DNA from: Candidatus Poribacteria bacterium
Lineage (GTDB): Bacteria > Poribacteria > WGA-4E > WGA-3G
Assembly (NCBI GenBank): GCA_965198235.1
Contig: OZ240248.1
Coordinates: forward strand, 4,192,001 to 4,256,000
Reading direction: 5' to 3'
Length of the DNA: 64,000 bases
The position numbers were made by a program, and so were the translations under genes. Positions 1 to 10,929 of the stretch are shown in pieces. Position 1 is the first letter of the stretch, and every line of letters begins with the position of its first letter. Under the pieces are notes generated by a model, which saw nothing but the letters and a program-made list of their open reading frames with translations, had not been told where the DNA came from and searched no databases.

Positions 1-807
1 TTACCCACTTCTTTTAAGCCTGCCGACGCGTTTCGCATACTTTTCACCCAAATGGAAAATCCAAAATCCAAGTGGAATAAGTAGGACACCAATGATGAGT
101 AGTAAAGACAGATTGCCCACTTGGCTCTCAACGGACGCGTTATCAAGCATCGCCGCACGAATCGATCTGAGTGTATACGTGGCAGGCGAAATTTTGGAAA
201 TCGGTTGAAGCCATACCGGTAACACTTCGATTTCATAATAGATACCGGAGACCAAGAGTAGCATTGATTGAATGATACCCGTTGCGGCTTGTCCCTTCTC
301 CGGCGAGAGCAACGGAAAGATCGCCGCCATCAGACCGATCCCGATGAAAGAGAGACTGGAGATAAGAACAGTGATCCCCATTGTTAGCCAATTCGCGTTG
401 CCTAAGTCAATGTGTTCCCCAAAAAAGAAAGGTATTATTGCCAAAACCAAACCCGTCCGCAGCAACCCGTACAGAATCGCAAATAGACACGAACCAACAA
501 GGTGTGTGATGCGGTAAATCGGTGCCATAAAGGTATATTCAATCGTCCCTTCCCATCTCTCCCATGTAATGGCATCGCTCACCTCACGCATCATAATGGA
601 GAGAAACCCCCAGATTAATGCGCCAATGACGAGGTAAAGCACATCTTCACTGCTGCCGCGTCCTACCATAATCAAGCCAATCGTTAGTGCATTGACGATG
701 GAATAACTGAAAAAGAGGATTTCCCAACTCAGATACCGCTTCAGCAGATTGAAGTTCCGTTCAATGAACGCGTAAGAGACAATCGTTTCCCGGACAAGAT
801 TCAGCAT
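1..807 (-). CDS. ABC-2 type transporter permease (DrrB-like)
   Basis: Six TM segments, WERWEGTIEY motif and SGIYY..LP.WLQ.IS..SP.TY signature. ATG at 807 lies just downstream of the ATPase stop. Confidence 0.85.
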   Translation of the reverse strand: MLNLVRETIVSYAFIERNFNLLKRYLSWEILFFSYSIVNALTIGLIMVGRGSSEDVLYLVIGALIWGFLSIMMREVSDAITWERWEGTIEYTFMAPIYRITHLVGSCLFAILYGLLRTGLVLAIIPFFFGEHIDLGNANWLTMGITVLISSLSFIGIGLMAAIFPLLSPEKGQAATGIIQSMLLLVSGIYYEIEVLPVWLQPISKISPATYTLRSIRAAMLDNASVESQVGNLSLLLIIGVLLIPLGFWIFHLGEKYAKRVGRLKRSG

Positions 808-811
808 GGCT

Positions 812-1657
812 TTACTCTTCCTCCTCAATCCCTTTACCTGTTAGCGCGATAAACACGTCTTCCAACGTCGCGGGCACCCCGTTTTGTAATGGGGCATTAG
901 CGATGAGCTCCTCTACCGTCCCTTCTGCGATAAATCGTCCTTTATCGATAATTGCGATCTTATCGCACAACCTCTCTGCCTCCACCATATCGTGTGTCGT
1001 TAGGACAATAACAGCATTCCGCTCTTGACGGATCTCCTCAATAAATGTTTGCACATCACGCTTGGATTTCGGATCAAGTCCTGTTGTTGGTTCATCAAGC
1101 AGAAGAAGCATAGGGGTGGTGAGTAGGGCGCGTGCAATAGCGACTTTCTGTTGCATCCCACGCGACAGATGTTCCATTTCTTCGTTCATCCGATCTACAT
1201 CAAAACCGAGTCTTTCCAAAATCTGCTTTGATTTCCGCTCGGCTTCGGTAGCCGAAATACCGTAGAGACGGGCGGCGTAAATTAGGTTCTCTTCCGAAGA
1301 GAGACGTTTAAAGAAAGAGGCCTCAACAGAGACGCGGTTCATCACTCGTCGGACCTTCAGACTATTTGTCACTACGTCGTCCCCGAAGACATGAATACTC
1401 CCAGCATCGGGGAGTAGCAGCGTCGAAATGAGACGAATCAGCGTCGACTTTCCCGAACCATTTGCACCGAGAATACCGTAGATTTCTCCGATGTTTACTT
1501 CTAAGGAGATGTCGTCAACTGCGCGGATGACTTCCCTCTCGCGCCTGAATATATGTTGAATCTTCTGATGAAAACGCAGTTTATCATTCGTCCGCTTGGT
1601 CCGATGGAAATGCTTCGTTACCCCGCGAACAGTCAATCCATAGATAGGTTGTTCCAC
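812..1657 (-). CDS. ABC transporter ATP-binding protein (DrrA-like)
   Basis: Walker A GANGSGKS, signature LSRGMQQK, Walker B LLLLDEPT, H-loop TTH. GTG start at 1657 follows an AAAGGA RBS. Confidence 0.9.
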   Translation of the reverse strand: MEQPIYGLTVRGVTKHFHRTKRTNDKLRFHQKIQHIFRREREVIRAVDDISLEVNIGEIYGILGANGSGKSTLIRLISTLLLPDAGSIHVFGDDVVTNSLKVRRVMNRVSVEASFFKRLSSEENLIYAARLYGISATEAERKSKQILERLGFDVDRMNEEMEHLSRGMQQKVAIARALLTTPMLLLLDEPTTGLDPKSKRDVQTFIEEIRQERNAVIVLTTHDMVEAERLCDKIAIIDKGRFIAEGTVEELIANAPLQNGVPATLEDVFIALTGKGIEEEE

Positions 1658-1853
1658 TCTTTTTCCTTTCACGAAACTGAACTGCCTCCAAAACCCTTGA
1701 CATTGCACACGGACTTTTATATATTATACCTAAAGTTTGTGATGATTTGGTAATTATTTTTCACTGATTTGAAACTGAGTGGTGTGCCTAACAACGACAT
1801 CCACATCTCTTACATTGTTAGGGTTTATACACAAACACAGGAGCACAGGAACA

Positions 1854-2903
1854 ATGCCGAAAATCAAAGGTCCAGCTATCTTCCTCGCCCAATTCATGCG
1901 GGACGAGGCACCATACGATACGATGGAAAATATCGGGAAATGGGTTGCAGGCTTGGGGTACAAAGGTGTCCAAATCCCCGGGTGGGACGACCGCGTCATT
2001 GACCTCGGAAAAGCTGCCGAATCCAAAACCTATTGCGATGAATTTAAAGGGACGCTTAACGAAATGGGGCTTGAAGCGACGGAGGTCGCCGGCTACCTTG
2101 CTGGACAGATCCTTGCTGTGCACCCCGCGTATGAAGTTATGTTTGAGGCGTTCCATCCTCCCGGCTTGCGAGGCACCGAAAGGACAGCGTGGGCAGCAGG
2201 CGAATTGACGAAATGTATCCACGCTTCAGTGAATATGGGACTGGATGTCATTCCTGTGCTTTCAGGCGGTTTCGCGTGGCACACCGTCTACCCGTGGCCC
2301 CAACGTCCCGATGGAATTATTGAACAGGCGTTCAAAGAACTCTCCGCACGGTGGCTGCCGCTCCTGGATCTGGCACACGATAACGGTCAGGTCTTCGCCT
2401 ACGAACTCCACCCAGGTTCGGACATCTATGACGGTGCGACCTACGAGATGTTCTTAGATTATACAAACGACCATCCCGCTGCCTGTCTCAACTACGATCC
2501 AAGCCATTTTCTCCTTCAACAACTCGACTATATCGACTTTATCAGACTTTACGCCGAACGCATCAAGGGATTTCACGTTAAAGATGCCGAATTCCGCCCG
2601 ACAGGTCGGGTTGGGGTTTACGGCGGCTATCAGTCATGGGATGGACGTGCAGCGAGATTCCGTTCACTCGGCGACGGACAAGTGGATTTCACACAAGTAT
2701 TCACACGCCTCACCGAAGCAGGTTACGACAGTTGGGCAGTCCTGGAATGGGAATGCTGCGTCAAAAGTCCAGAGCAAGGCGCGGCAGAGGGTGCGCCGTT
2801 TATCGCCAAACACATCATCGAAACGACCGATGTCACCTTTGATGACTTCGCAGGCGGAGAGACCGACACGGCACGGAATCGGGACATTCTCGGTTTGGAT
2901 TAA
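1854..2903 (+). CDS. Sugar phosphate isomerase/epimerase (xylose isomerase-like TIM barrel, IolE-like)
   Basis: Metal-ligand motifs ELHP, NYDPSH, FHVKD and VLEWE. ATG 1854 follows AGGA. Typical partner of the downstream Gfo oxidoreductase. Confidence 0.85.
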   Translation: MPKIKGPAIFLAQFMRDEAPYDTMENIGKWVAGLGYKGVQIPGWDDRVIDLGKAAESKTYCDEFKGTLNEMGLEATEVAGYLAGQILAVHPAYEVMFEAFHPPGLRGTERTAWAAGELTKCIHASVNMGLDVIPVLSGGFAWHTVYPWPQRPDGIIEQAFKELSARWLPLLDLAHDNGQVFAYELHPGSDIYDGATYEMFLDYTNDHPAACLNYDPSHFLLQQLDYIDFIRLYAERIKGFHVKDAEFRPTGRVGVYGGYQSWDGRAARFRSLGDGQVDFTQVFTRLTEAGYDSWAVLEWECCVKSPEQGAAEGAPFIAKHIIETTDVTFDDFAGGETDTARNRDILGLD

Positions 2904-2984
2904 AGAGGGGTGCCGGTTTCCGGGCTGACACTCATCAGAAGGCTCTTTAACTGAATACTGACAACCGAATTGGAGTAAAGCATT

Positions 2985-4145
2985 ATGGAATCTTGGAATC
3001 GGAAATTACGAATGGGTATGGTAGGTGGGGGGCAGGGCGCGTTTATTGGTGGTGTCCATCGAATCGCTGCCACACTCGACCAGCAAATTGAAGTCGTCGC
3101 CGGGTGTTTCTCACGCGATCCAGAAAATACACGAATCACCGGGGCAGAGTTGTATCTCGATCCAAATCGCTGCTACAACAATTACGCAGAGATGGCGACA
3201 GCTGAAGCCGCACTCCCCGAAAATGAACGTATCGACTTTGTGAGCATCGTCACACCAAACATCTCTCACTTTGAGATCGCAAAGACGTTTTTGGACACCG
3301 GTTTCCACGTCGTCTGTGATAAACCGATGACTTACAGTCTCGATGAAGCCGAAGCTCTTGTAAAACTCGTCGAAGAGTCAGGTCTTGTCTTTGCATTGAC
3401 ACACAATTATACTGGGCACCCCCTCGTGCGGCATGCGCGAGCACTGTTCACTGAAGGTTCAATGGGACAAATCCGTAAGGTCATCGTCGAATACCTTCAG
3501 GAATTCCTGATGGTCCCACACGAGAAACTCGGTCAGAAACAAGCCGCGTGGCGTGTTGACCCGACGCAATCAGGTATCGGCGGCACGATGGGCGATGTCG
3601 GCACCCACTGTGTGAACCTGCTTGAATACGTCACCGGCGACCCGATCGTCGAACTTTGTGCCGACAAGAGTACTTTCCTTCCTGACAGAGTACTGGATGA
3701 GGATGTCAACGCCTTGCTCCGTTTCAAAGGTGGCGGTAAAGGCGTTTTAAGCATAAGTCAGGTCGCCACCGGAGAAGAAAATGGGCTCACACTCCGCGTT
3801 TACGCCGAACAGGGCGCAGTGAAATGGGCGCAAGAGAATCCGAACTATCTTGAACTCTATCGTTACGGTGAACCGAGACAAACACTTACCCGCGGCCAGG
3901 GCTACCTATCCGAAGTCGCGGCAGCAGGCGCACGTATTCCGACCGGGCATCCCGAAGGGTACTTGGAGGCGTTTGCAACGATTTACGTTGGCGTTGTCGA
4001 AGCCATCCGGCGATATATTGACGGCAATCCCATGGAAACCGAGGCATACGATTTTCCGACGGTCCATGATGGATTGCGAGGCATGCAGTTCATTTACAAA
4101 GCGGTTGAGTCTTGTGAGAACGGCTCGACGTGGGTTTCAATGTAA
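2985..4145 (+). CDS. Gfo/Idh/MocA family oxidoreductase
   Basis: GMVGGGQGAFIGGVH Rossmann motif, VVCDKP and GDVGTH. Confidence 0.9.
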   Translation: MESWNRKLRMGMVGGGQGAFIGGVHRIAATLDQQIEVVAGCFSRDPENTRITGAELYLDPNRCYNNYAEMATAEAALPENERIDFVSIVTPNISHFEIAKTFLDTGFHVVCDKPMTYSLDEAEALVKLVEESGLVFALTHNYTGHPLVRHARALFTEGSMGQIRKVIVEYLQEFLMVPHEKLGQKQAAWRVDPTQSGIGGTMGDVGTHCVNLLEYVTGDPIVELCADKSTFLPDRVLDEDVNALLRFKGGGKGVLSISQVATGEENGLTLRVYAEQGAVKWAQENPNYLELYRYGEPRQTLTRGQGYLSEVAAAGARIPTGHPEGYLEAFATIYVGVVEAIRRYIDGNPMETEAYDFPTVHDGLRGMQFIYKAVESCENGSTWVSM

Positions 4146-4248
4146 ATAGCCATCAGTGGTCAGCAATCAGCAGTCAGTTATAAGAGGTGTTAGGAATATC
4201 ATATTCTTCTTTTAACTGACAACTGAGTACGAATAAAAGGAGACAGTC

Positions 4249-5283
4249 ATGCAAGCATCTAACTCTGAACCTTTTCGCGTCGGATTTCTGAACGTAGATT
4301 CATATTCACACATGCCGTTGTGGGCACCGCACATCAATCCGCGTGTTGGTGAGAAAGATACCGCGTTCACAGGGATGCGGATCACCCACTGTTGGGATAT
4401 TGAATACGAAAAGGCAAAAGCGGTTGCTGAACCTTACGGTTGCGAAGTCGTCAAGAATTTTGACGATATGTTAGGGAAGGTAGACGGCGTGATCTCCGGT
4501 GGCTATTATAATCATCCATGGAACCACATTCTCCATGAACCGTATCTCGAAGCGGGCTTGCCGAACCTAATCAACCGTCCCTTTGCAAACTCCCTTGCAA
4601 AAGCACGACAAATGATTGAACTCGCGCAAAAGAACGGGGCGACCATCCTTGCACCATCGAGTCATGAGCACAACGACGCCATCTCACGCGCTAAGGCGTG
4701 GGCAAGCGATAAACAAATCGTCTGCTACACGGCGACCAATTCGTTCGACGACTATCCGACACACGGAATCCACGGTCTCTATATGGTCTGTAAAGCGGTT
4801 GCAGAGGCGGGAAATCCGGTCGTGTCCGTCGCGTATCAAACGGATAGCTGGCACAGCCCGCCCGGTGTCCTCACTTTCGAGCATGTTGATAGCGACGGTC
4901 GTCAATTCTATGGGACACTCCATCAAGTGGGCGGTTCGTGGGGAACGGTGCAGATTCACACGCAGGAAGCCTATGGCGGCGAGAATTTCAGAATCTATAC
5001 CGGCACCGGTTATCCGTTCGATAAGACGGAGATTTGGTTGCCGACGATTTGGGCGTTTCAGAACATGGCACTACATAACGAGATGCCACAGACGTTTGAT
5101 CAGATTTTTCAGAAGACCAACGTCTTCCTCGCGGGCTGGAAATCGGTACTGGAAAACGATGGCAAACCTGTGAAACTAACGGATGTCGCCGAAGAATGGG
5201 AAGCCCCCGCTGAGCTGCCGAATCACCCTGATCACGACACGGTCCCACTATTTCGGAAAAAGTTCGGGGAGGCATCAGTATAA
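4249..5283 (+). CDS. Divergent Gfo/Idh/MocA-like oxidoreductase
   Basis: N-terminal Rossmann-like segment, HEPYLEAGLPNLINRPFA (variant of EKP) and YPTHGIH. AGGAG RBS. Confidence 0.65.
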   Translation: MQASNSEPFRVGFLNVDSYSHMPLWAPHINPRVGEKDTAFTGMRITHCWDIEYEKAKAVAEPYGCEVVKNFDDMLGKVDGVISGGYYNHPWNHILHEPYLEAGLPNLINRPFANSLAKARQMIELAQKNGATILAPSSHEHNDAISRAKAWASDKQIVCYTATNSFDDYPTHGIHGLYMVCKAVAEAGNPVVSVAYQTDSWHSPPGVLTFEHVDSDGRQFYGTLHQVGGSWGTVQIHTQEAYGGENFRIYTGTGYPFDKTEIWLPTIWAFQNMALHNEMPQTFDQIFQKTNVFLAGWKSVLENDGKPVKLTDVAEEWEAPAELPNHPDHDTVPLFRKKFGEASV

Positions 5284-5288
5284 AGATA

Positions 5289-5411
5289 GGACTTACGCAA
5301 CGCGCAATGAATTGCGCTACTACAAACCACACAGATTTTGAGAAACGGACATATTTCCAAGGTGTATCTATTGGTAGTAAGGCGATTTATCGCCTGTCTG
5401 CGTAAGCCCTA
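5289..5411. mobile_element. MITE-like element with (TA)GGACTTACGCA / TGCGTAAGCCCTA ends, enclosing two GTAG REP palindromes
   Basis: 13-bp inverted ends with 1 mismatch, AAAGATA direct repeat at 5282-5288 and 5412-5418, and palindromes at 5302-5323 and 5374-5395. Confidence 0.75.
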
Positions 5412-5518
5412 AAAGATATGGATAGCATCACAGATCAAGCAGGACGTGGGAAGTGCAGCTTATAATGCAGGCAAAATCGTATTGCGTTTGTGCCGTTATC
5501 CACTCAATTTAGCTATAA

Positions 5519-5559
5519 TTAAGGCGTAGTGGTGCAATTGCTGCACCACTACGCCTTAA
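5519..5559. terminator. Perfect 18-bp hairpin between convergent genes (likely bidirectional terminator or REP-derived)
   Basis: TTAAGGCGTAGTGGTGCA-attgc-TGCACCACTACGCCTTAA. Confidence 0.6.
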
Positions 5560-5601
5560 CATATTTTGGAACACTATAGATGCATCAGAGAAGACTGAGA
5601 T

Positions 5602-6369
5602 CTAACGCCACGCTTTAACATTTGCCCAAGTGGTTGCAAGCTTATCAGCAGGATCTACAGGGGCAGCACTTAAGTCTTCCATACTCTTTTTAATATCATC
5701 TTCCGACAAAGCGCGATCCCATACCATGACTTCGTCAATGATACCGTTGAACTTTTGCCCCGTCGCACCCCACGAACCGACCATGGTATCACCTGCATTT
5801 CCAAGGTACTCAATCCCAGCCTTGCCAGCATCTTCAGCCACTGACTTACCGTTAATGTAAACCTGCCGGGACTTACCTTTTACATCCAGCCAGAAACAGA
5901 TATGCGCCCACTTGTCAGCCTTAACCGCATTGGGAGCGTCAAGGTCATTGCCATAAAACCCCATACGGACGGTGCCACTGTTGTAGATACGGTAGTGCAG
6001 GCTCGTATTTACGGCATTGACCTGCGTCTGTGTGAAAACACACTGTTGATCGTTTCCGCTCAACGCCGGATTGACCCACATCGTTACAGTAAAACTCTTT
6101 TCATTGAGTTCAATATAGGGTGCTTTAACCTCGCCTTGTTCACCGAACTCTAACGCTTTTCCGAATTTACCATCAACCCAATCAGCGTCTCCGACGAGTT
6201 CTCCGTCGTTCCCATGTGGGGACAGATCTTCTATCGCATCCCCCTTGCCCTCGTTGAAAGAAAGGTAGAGCAGTAACTCTTTATCCTTTATATCCAACGC
6301 TGTGGCACTGAAAGGCATCAGCACCAATCCAGCAAGAATAAAGAGAGAAAGTAACATTCGATACATCAT
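5602..6369 (-). CDS. Secreted LamG-like jellyroll (ConA-like lectin) protein with C-terminal KLATTW motif
   Basis: Signal peptide; LYLSFNEGKG, GKFGKALEF and FNGIIDEVMVWDRALS motifs; tail VDPADKLATTWANVK. Confidence 0.85.
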   Translation of the reverse strand: MMYRMLLSLFILAGLVLMPFSATALDIKDKELLLYLSFNEGKGDAIEDLSPHGNDGELVGDADWVDGKFGKALEFGEQGEVKAPYIELNEKSFTVTMWVNPALSGNDQQCVFTQTQVNAVNTSLHYRIYNSGTVRMGFYGNDLDAPNAVKADKWAHICFWLDVKGKSRQVYINGKSVAEDAGKAGIEYLGNAGDTMVGSWGATGQKFNGIIDEVMVWDRALSEDDIKKSMEDLSAAPVDPADKLATTWANVKAWR

Positions 6370-6526
6370 AATAAGTTACCCCCTTTAAGATGGGCGTAAG
6401 TGATGTTCTTTTGGCTAATTTCATACATCTTAGAGTAACACAAAAATTTGGGAATATCAAGATTTTTCTTGACCGTGCAAAGTGTTTCTGTCCAAAAAAC
6501 TTCGCGGATAATACGTTAGGGTGCTA

Positions 6527-7429
6527 TTAGTTTGACGTGAATTGCCGATTCCAGTCGTGATGGGACTTGGCAATACTCTCAGGATTTACCCGACTCCGAG
6601 CGATAAATCCAGGAACATTTTCTCGGCCCGTTGGCAACCCGATTTGGCTATAGCGCGTATCAACACTCCAACGCACTATGTCAGCGCGGTTCGGAAGCCC
6701 ACGGTGAACGACACGTTCACTCGTTAGCAAAACGTCACCCACATCCAGTTCAGCAGTGACGATGTCGCCGGGTGGCAATTCCTGATCGCTGATACCTCTA
6801 CCCCCCGTATGCCCAAGGGTCTGATCCTGGTAGTTGTGTTCAATCAGATTGTAGCGGTGTGAACCTCGGATGACTTGCATGCACCCATTTTCTTCGGTTG
6901 CTCGAACGAGCGGAAGCCAGACATTCACAACCAACGTATCACCTGCCTCTTCAGGGATGAGATACGCCAAATCTTGATGCCACGGGATGACGGTAATTGC
7001 TTGATCCGGCAACTTGGCACGGTAATTAAACTGCGGATGTGCAAAGATCTCCTCACCGATGAGAGAACCAACGACATCAAGCAGCGCGTGTGCCGTTCTA
7101 AGCGTGAACATCCCAGCGGTTCGGATTTTCTGATCTCGGAAATAGTTGCTCCAAATCCAGTTCGGGTCGGAGCAGGCATTCGAGACTCGTGCCAACCTCG
7201 TTTCAAACGACTCGTCATCATAAGTATCCGACGCGTCAAGGATTCCCTGTTTGACCGCCGCCTGAGTGCCTTCATCAACCAACTGCGATAACTCATCAAT
7301 CAACGGCTGAAGTGCTTGGTTTGGTAGCACGTCTTGAACAAACAGAAAGCCGTCGTCGTGAAATTGCTGCTTCTGCTGAGATGTAAGTCCATCCTGCTGA
7401 GGTGTTTCCGAATTGCGTTGTGTAGACAT
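6527..7429 (-). CDS. Phytanoyl-CoA dioxygenase (PhyH) family 2-oxoglutarate/Fe(II) oxygenase
   Basis: FHDDGFLFV, WHQD, ENGCMQVIRGSH and VHRG..N....R motifs. ATG 7429 follows AGGA. Confidence 0.85.
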   Translation of the reverse strand: MSTQRNSETPQQDGLTSQQKQQFHDDGFLFVQDVLPNQALQPLIDELSQLVDEGTQAAVKQGILDASDTYDDESFETRLARVSNACSDPNWIWSNYFRDQKIRTAGMFTLRTAHALLDVVGSLIGEEIFAHPQFNYRAKLPDQAITVIPWHQDLAYLIPEEAGDTLVVNVWLPLVRATEENGCMQVIRGSHRYNLIEHNYQDQTLGHTGGRGISDQELPPGDIVTAELDVGDVLLTSERVVHRGLPNRADIVRWSVDTRYSQIGLPTGRENVPGFIARSRVNPESIAKSHHDWNRQFTSN

Positions 7430-7520
7430 TGCGAATCTCCGTCCTTCTTGTAGAGGCGATGCCTCAATGTTTGCCCATTGCGAAGTCTGTTTCTGCGTAG
7501 ATCCTAAATTGAAAATTTGG

Positions 7521-8582
7521 TCATGAACGAATCCGTTGAATCGCAACAGCACTGCCGATTTCACTGGATTTCATCGCCCCATCGAGCATTTGCATCAGCA
7601 TCACTGCCTGCGAACCGGAATTAAGGGGTTCATCCCCCTCTCGAATTGCCCGAATGAATTCTCGTGCCTGAAGCGTTATATTATCTGCCTTTTGGGGCGG
7701 TGCTTTTAGCGGTTTGACCTTAACACCGTCCGGTGTCCCAACCAGTAGTTTTCCGCTTTCGAGTCCTGCCTTCGTGCCGTAAAGTTGAAACTCCTGAGTC
7801 TCGCTTTTGACCAGATCGCTTCCGGTTGCTGGCGCGTGTCGGTTTGTGGTATTCAGCGAAAACGCGACAGCAAAATGTAGCGTGCATCCGTTCTCAAATC
7901 GCACAAACCCGCAGGCAGCATCGTCTGCGGTATAAATTTGTTCAGGAGGTGCGAGATCGGAAAATGTACAGTAGAGCCCAGCCATAACCTCTGTAGGGCG
8001 CGGATTACCCATCATAAACCAGACGTTATCAATCGCGTGAATACCGAGATCAAGGAGTACTCCGCCCCCCTTCGCTTTGTCGTGCCGCCATCCCCGTGCT
8101 GAACACCACCGTGTGCGTATCCACCGAGTCTCCGCGTAATACACCTCACCGAGTTCTCCAGCCTGCACAAGCCTACGACCTTCCATCAACTGGGACGTGA
8201 AGCGCGATTGGCGAACAAACATATAAACAAGACCTTTGGTTGCCGCGAGTTGGGTGACCGGTATTAACTCCGTCGCATTGTTTGAGGGTGGTTTTTCGCA
8301 GAGCACATGTAATCCAAGCTGCACTGCTTCCTGTGAGACAGGAGCGTGCATCCAAGTTGGAAGCCCGATGCAGATCGCGTCTAAATCGCATGCGTCGAAC
8401 ATCTGTTTATAATCATCGAAAACACGTACACCCTTAATCCCGTCCAAAACCCTCTTCCTACGGTTGGGATCCGGGTCTGCCAAAGCCACGAGTTCTACAT
8501 TCGGCTCTGCGGCGAGAACCGCGGTCGTGCTACCGATCGTCCCACCGACACCAATGATCCCAACCCTAATTGCATCTTTCAT
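7521..8582 (-). CDS. Gfo/Idh/MocA family oxidoreductase
   Basis: VGIIGVGG, HVLCEKP and GGGVLLDLGIH. Confidence 0.9.
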   Translation of the reverse strand: MKDAIRVGIIGVGGTIGSTTAVLAAEPNVELVALADPDPNRRKRVLDGIKGVRVFDDYKQMFDACDLDAICIGLPTWMHAPVSQEAVQLGLHVLCEKPPSNNATELIPVTQLAATKGLVYMFVRQSRFTSQLMEGRRLVQAGELGEVYYAETRWIRTRWCSARGWRHDKAKGGGVLLDLGIHAIDNVWFMMGNPRPTEVMAGLYCTFSDLAPPEQIYTADDAACGFVRFENGCTLHFAVAFSLNTTNRHAPATGSDLVKSETQEFQLYGTKAGLESGKLLVGTPDGVKVKPLKAPPQKADNITLQAREFIRAIREGDEPLNSGSQAVMLMQMLDGAMKSSEIGSAVAIQRIRS

Positions 8583-8716
8583 TCACACCCTCCATTTCCA
8601 CCAACGCGGTTTGAACACACTTTCCATTCGATGTCGCACCAGAAAACAAACTCGCTGTCATCTGGGGACAGATTAAAGCAGCGCGTTAGATGCCGGTGGC
8701 AGATTTTTACCACTTT

Positions 8717-9448
8717 CTATAATAAAGATGCCGACCCCGCGTCCAGAAATACCGCACAATCTGGGTGCGTCTGTAAAATCGAAGCAGGGTGCATTGGCGT
8801 TATCTCGCCGTGTAAGCAATTCCGTACTGCCTCCGCTTTTCGTTCATCTGGCACAGTGCAAACAATTGCTTTCGCCTTCATGATTTGGCAAATGGACATT
8901 GAAATCGCTTGGGTTGGCACGTCATCAATTCCAGTGAACCAGCCCTCGCCGACCTGCTGAAGGCGGCATGCCTCATCTAACTCGACAAGAATATACGGAT
9001 CTTCTGTCTCAAAATCCGCTGGTGGATCGTTGAAAGCGAGGTGTCCATTCTCGCCGATGCCGACGAACGCCACGTCAATCTGATGCTGCGAGATAATCCG
9101 ATTCAACCGATCACACTCGGCTTGAGGTTCATTCGCTTCACCGTCCAAAAAATGCACCGTCCCAGGATGAACGATGTCCACGAGACGTTCTCGCAGATAC
9201 TTGCGAAAACTGGCGGGATGTGTCTCAGGAATGCCGATGTACTCGTCGAGATGAAACATCGTTGTGTTGTCCCAATCAATCGCTTTATCGGCAGTGAGCG
9301 CGGCAAGGAAGTCAAATTGAGACGCACCTGTCGCAACGATGAACCTGGCATTTCCATTTACATCCAATGCCTCGCGAAGCTTTTTACTTGCGAGATGCGC
9401 CGCTGCTTCGCTCGTTTCACGTTTAGTTGTTGCTTTAAAAATATTCAT
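8717..9448 (-). CDS. nagB: Glucosamine-6-phosphate deaminase/isomerase
   Basis: [25 protein letters not shown] and PASIL..H motifs. Confidence 0.8.
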   Translation of the reverse strand: MNIFKATTKRETSEAAAHLASKKLREALDVNGNARFIVATGASQFDFLAALTADKAIDWDNTTMFHLDEYIGIPETHPASFRKYLRERLVDIVHPGTVHFLDGEANEPQAECDRLNRIISQHQIDVAFVGIGENGHLAFNDPPADFETEDPYILVELDEACRLQQVGEGWFTGIDDVPTQAISMSICQIMKAKAIVCTVPDERKAEAVRNCLHGEITPMHPASILQTHPDCAVFLDAGSASLL

Positions 9449-9471
9449 TTTGCTAAAATCTTCGTACTTTT

Positions 9472-10125
9472 TCACAGCAAGTTTTTGGCTTGCAAGCTAC
9501 GCCAAAAATCCCGTTTCCAACTCGGCGAGAGGGCAGGTAGTTTTCTGGCTCGTGCGATTGCATCGTGATTGTCTGTATCAAAATAGCGTAGATTGAGTAT
9601 TTCTGTAACACTCATCGGTTCCAGTGCAACGTCAATGCGTGCAATCGCATCACCGGCAGTGATTTCGCCTTCTTCAAGCACCCGGAAATAGAAGCCGACG
9701 CGTCGACTCTCTAAAAACTGTTTGGCGAACTCCGGCAGTCCCATCTTGTATGCAAGCTTGAAACACGGCACGCGGGGTTGCGTAATCTGTAATTTTACCG
9801 TTGAACCTATTTGAAAGACATCACCAATATGAACAGACGTTTCCATCAGACCTTCAACCGTGAGATTTTCGCCGAACTGCCCGTAAGCCAAGTCGTCTCT
9901 TTGTAATTCTTGCTGCCAGTGGGCATAATGCTCAAACGGATACCCGTAGATAGCTTTATAGGTACCGCCATGCACCCGCAAATCGCCTTGCCTATCACCG
10001 TCAATGTTTTTCTCTCTGAGCATGACAGTGCCTGACACGGGTTCTTTGAAAATCCCTGTCTGGATAGTTTTACCACCGTATTGAATAGGCTTTGGCTTTG
10101 AGACGTTTATAGATAAAAGCTTCAT
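9472..10125 (-). CDS. MOSC domain protein with 3-alpha domain (YiiM-like)
   Basis: [26 protein letters not shown] and [10 protein letters not shown] motifs. Confidence 0.9.
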   Translation of the reverse strand: MKLLSINVSKPKPIQYGGKTIQTGIFKEPVSGTVMLREKNIDGDRQGDLRVHGGTYKAIYGYPFEHYAHWQQELQRDDLAYGQFGENLTVEGLMETSVHIGDVFQIGSTVKLQITQPRVPCFKLAYKMGLPEFAKQFLESRRVGFYFRVLEEGEITAGDAIARIDVALEPMSVTEILNLRYFDTDNHDAIARARKLPALSPSWKRDFWRSLQAKNLL

Positions 10126-10221
10126 ATGCGTTTAATATAATAGTTTTTCTATGTTATGTCAAGTGAAACATTTCAGTAGTGATAGGCGTTTAAGCAACGA
10201 TTCTCTCCACGTGCCTCCAGT

Positions 10222-10261
10222 AGAGTGGTGATTTTACCTATAAAATCACCACTCTCTTTTT
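10222..10261 (+). terminator. 15-bp hairpin followed by a T run
   Basis: AGAGTGGTGATTTTA-ccta-TAAAATCACCACTCT then CTTTTT. Confidence 0.45.
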
Positions 10262-10379
10262 GAAGAAACTTATCGCGAAATTCAACAAAGAAGACGATGC
10301 CATTGTTCATCAGATAACTTGGCAATCCCGCTGTGCTCTGGAATGGACCAACAGCATCTTTTTTCCACCTAAAGCATAG
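10257..10379 (+). pseudogene. Internally deleted remnant of a paralog of the 13027-13794 lipoprotein
   Basis: Translates FLKKLIAKFNKEDDAIVHQITWQSRCA-LEWTNSIFFPPKA*, compared with FLKEFINKPNEEDIAIVHQMTLRYRCA...QEWVNGIFFLPKP* in the intact gene. Confidence 0.75.
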
Positions 10380-10827
10380 GAGAGAAATCAGGACCTTACC
10401 CTTTGCATCGCGCATGATGCTCACCTGCCCGGTAATATTTGCCATCCTATCGGCAGATATATCAATCGCCACACCTACCACAGAAACAAATGATTCCTTC
10501 ACTCGCGAAAAAAGCAACCCTCTCATTGGACTCCCAACTCTCGTTGTAATGGGCGTTACCTCCTTTGGACGTTGGCTAACCCCCTTAGATGAATGGCAAG
10601 CAGAGATCCACAAACTTAATGGGGATGAACTGTTTATTCAACGTTGGATGTTGGTTAACAATGATACTGTCTCTCGTGAAAAAGGAAAAAGAGCAATTAT
10701 GAGAATTCAAAAACGAAGGAATGCCATCGAGAAAAGACGTAACCGCTTCCTATGGTGGTATTATCCGAGTATCATTGTCGTTGGAGCGGGTGCTGGGATG
10801 TTAACTCTCTGGCTGCAAAAGGATTAA
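10333..10827 (+). CDS. Hypothetical membrane-anchored protein (start uncertain; ancestral ATG appears mutated to AGG near 10390)
   Basis: N-terminal hydrophobic segment and C-terminal TM helix. Paralogous to the pseudogene at 13805. Confidence 0.55.
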   Translation: MLWNGPTASFFHLKHRREIRTLPFASRMMLTCPVIFAILSADISIATPTTETNDSFTREKSNPLIGLPTLVVMGVTSFGRWLTPLDEWQAEIHKLNGDELFIQRWMLVNNDTVSREKGKRAIMRIQKRRNAIEKRRNRFLWWYYPSIIVVGAGAGMLTLWLQKD

Positions 10828-10929
10828 CCTTGTTTGAAATGCGACAGAAAAGCGCGGGATGTTTCAGATCTAGCTTGAAGAGGTAAACTACTGATGCAAT
10901 ATAAAATCTCTGTCTTTGGAGGAATCAAA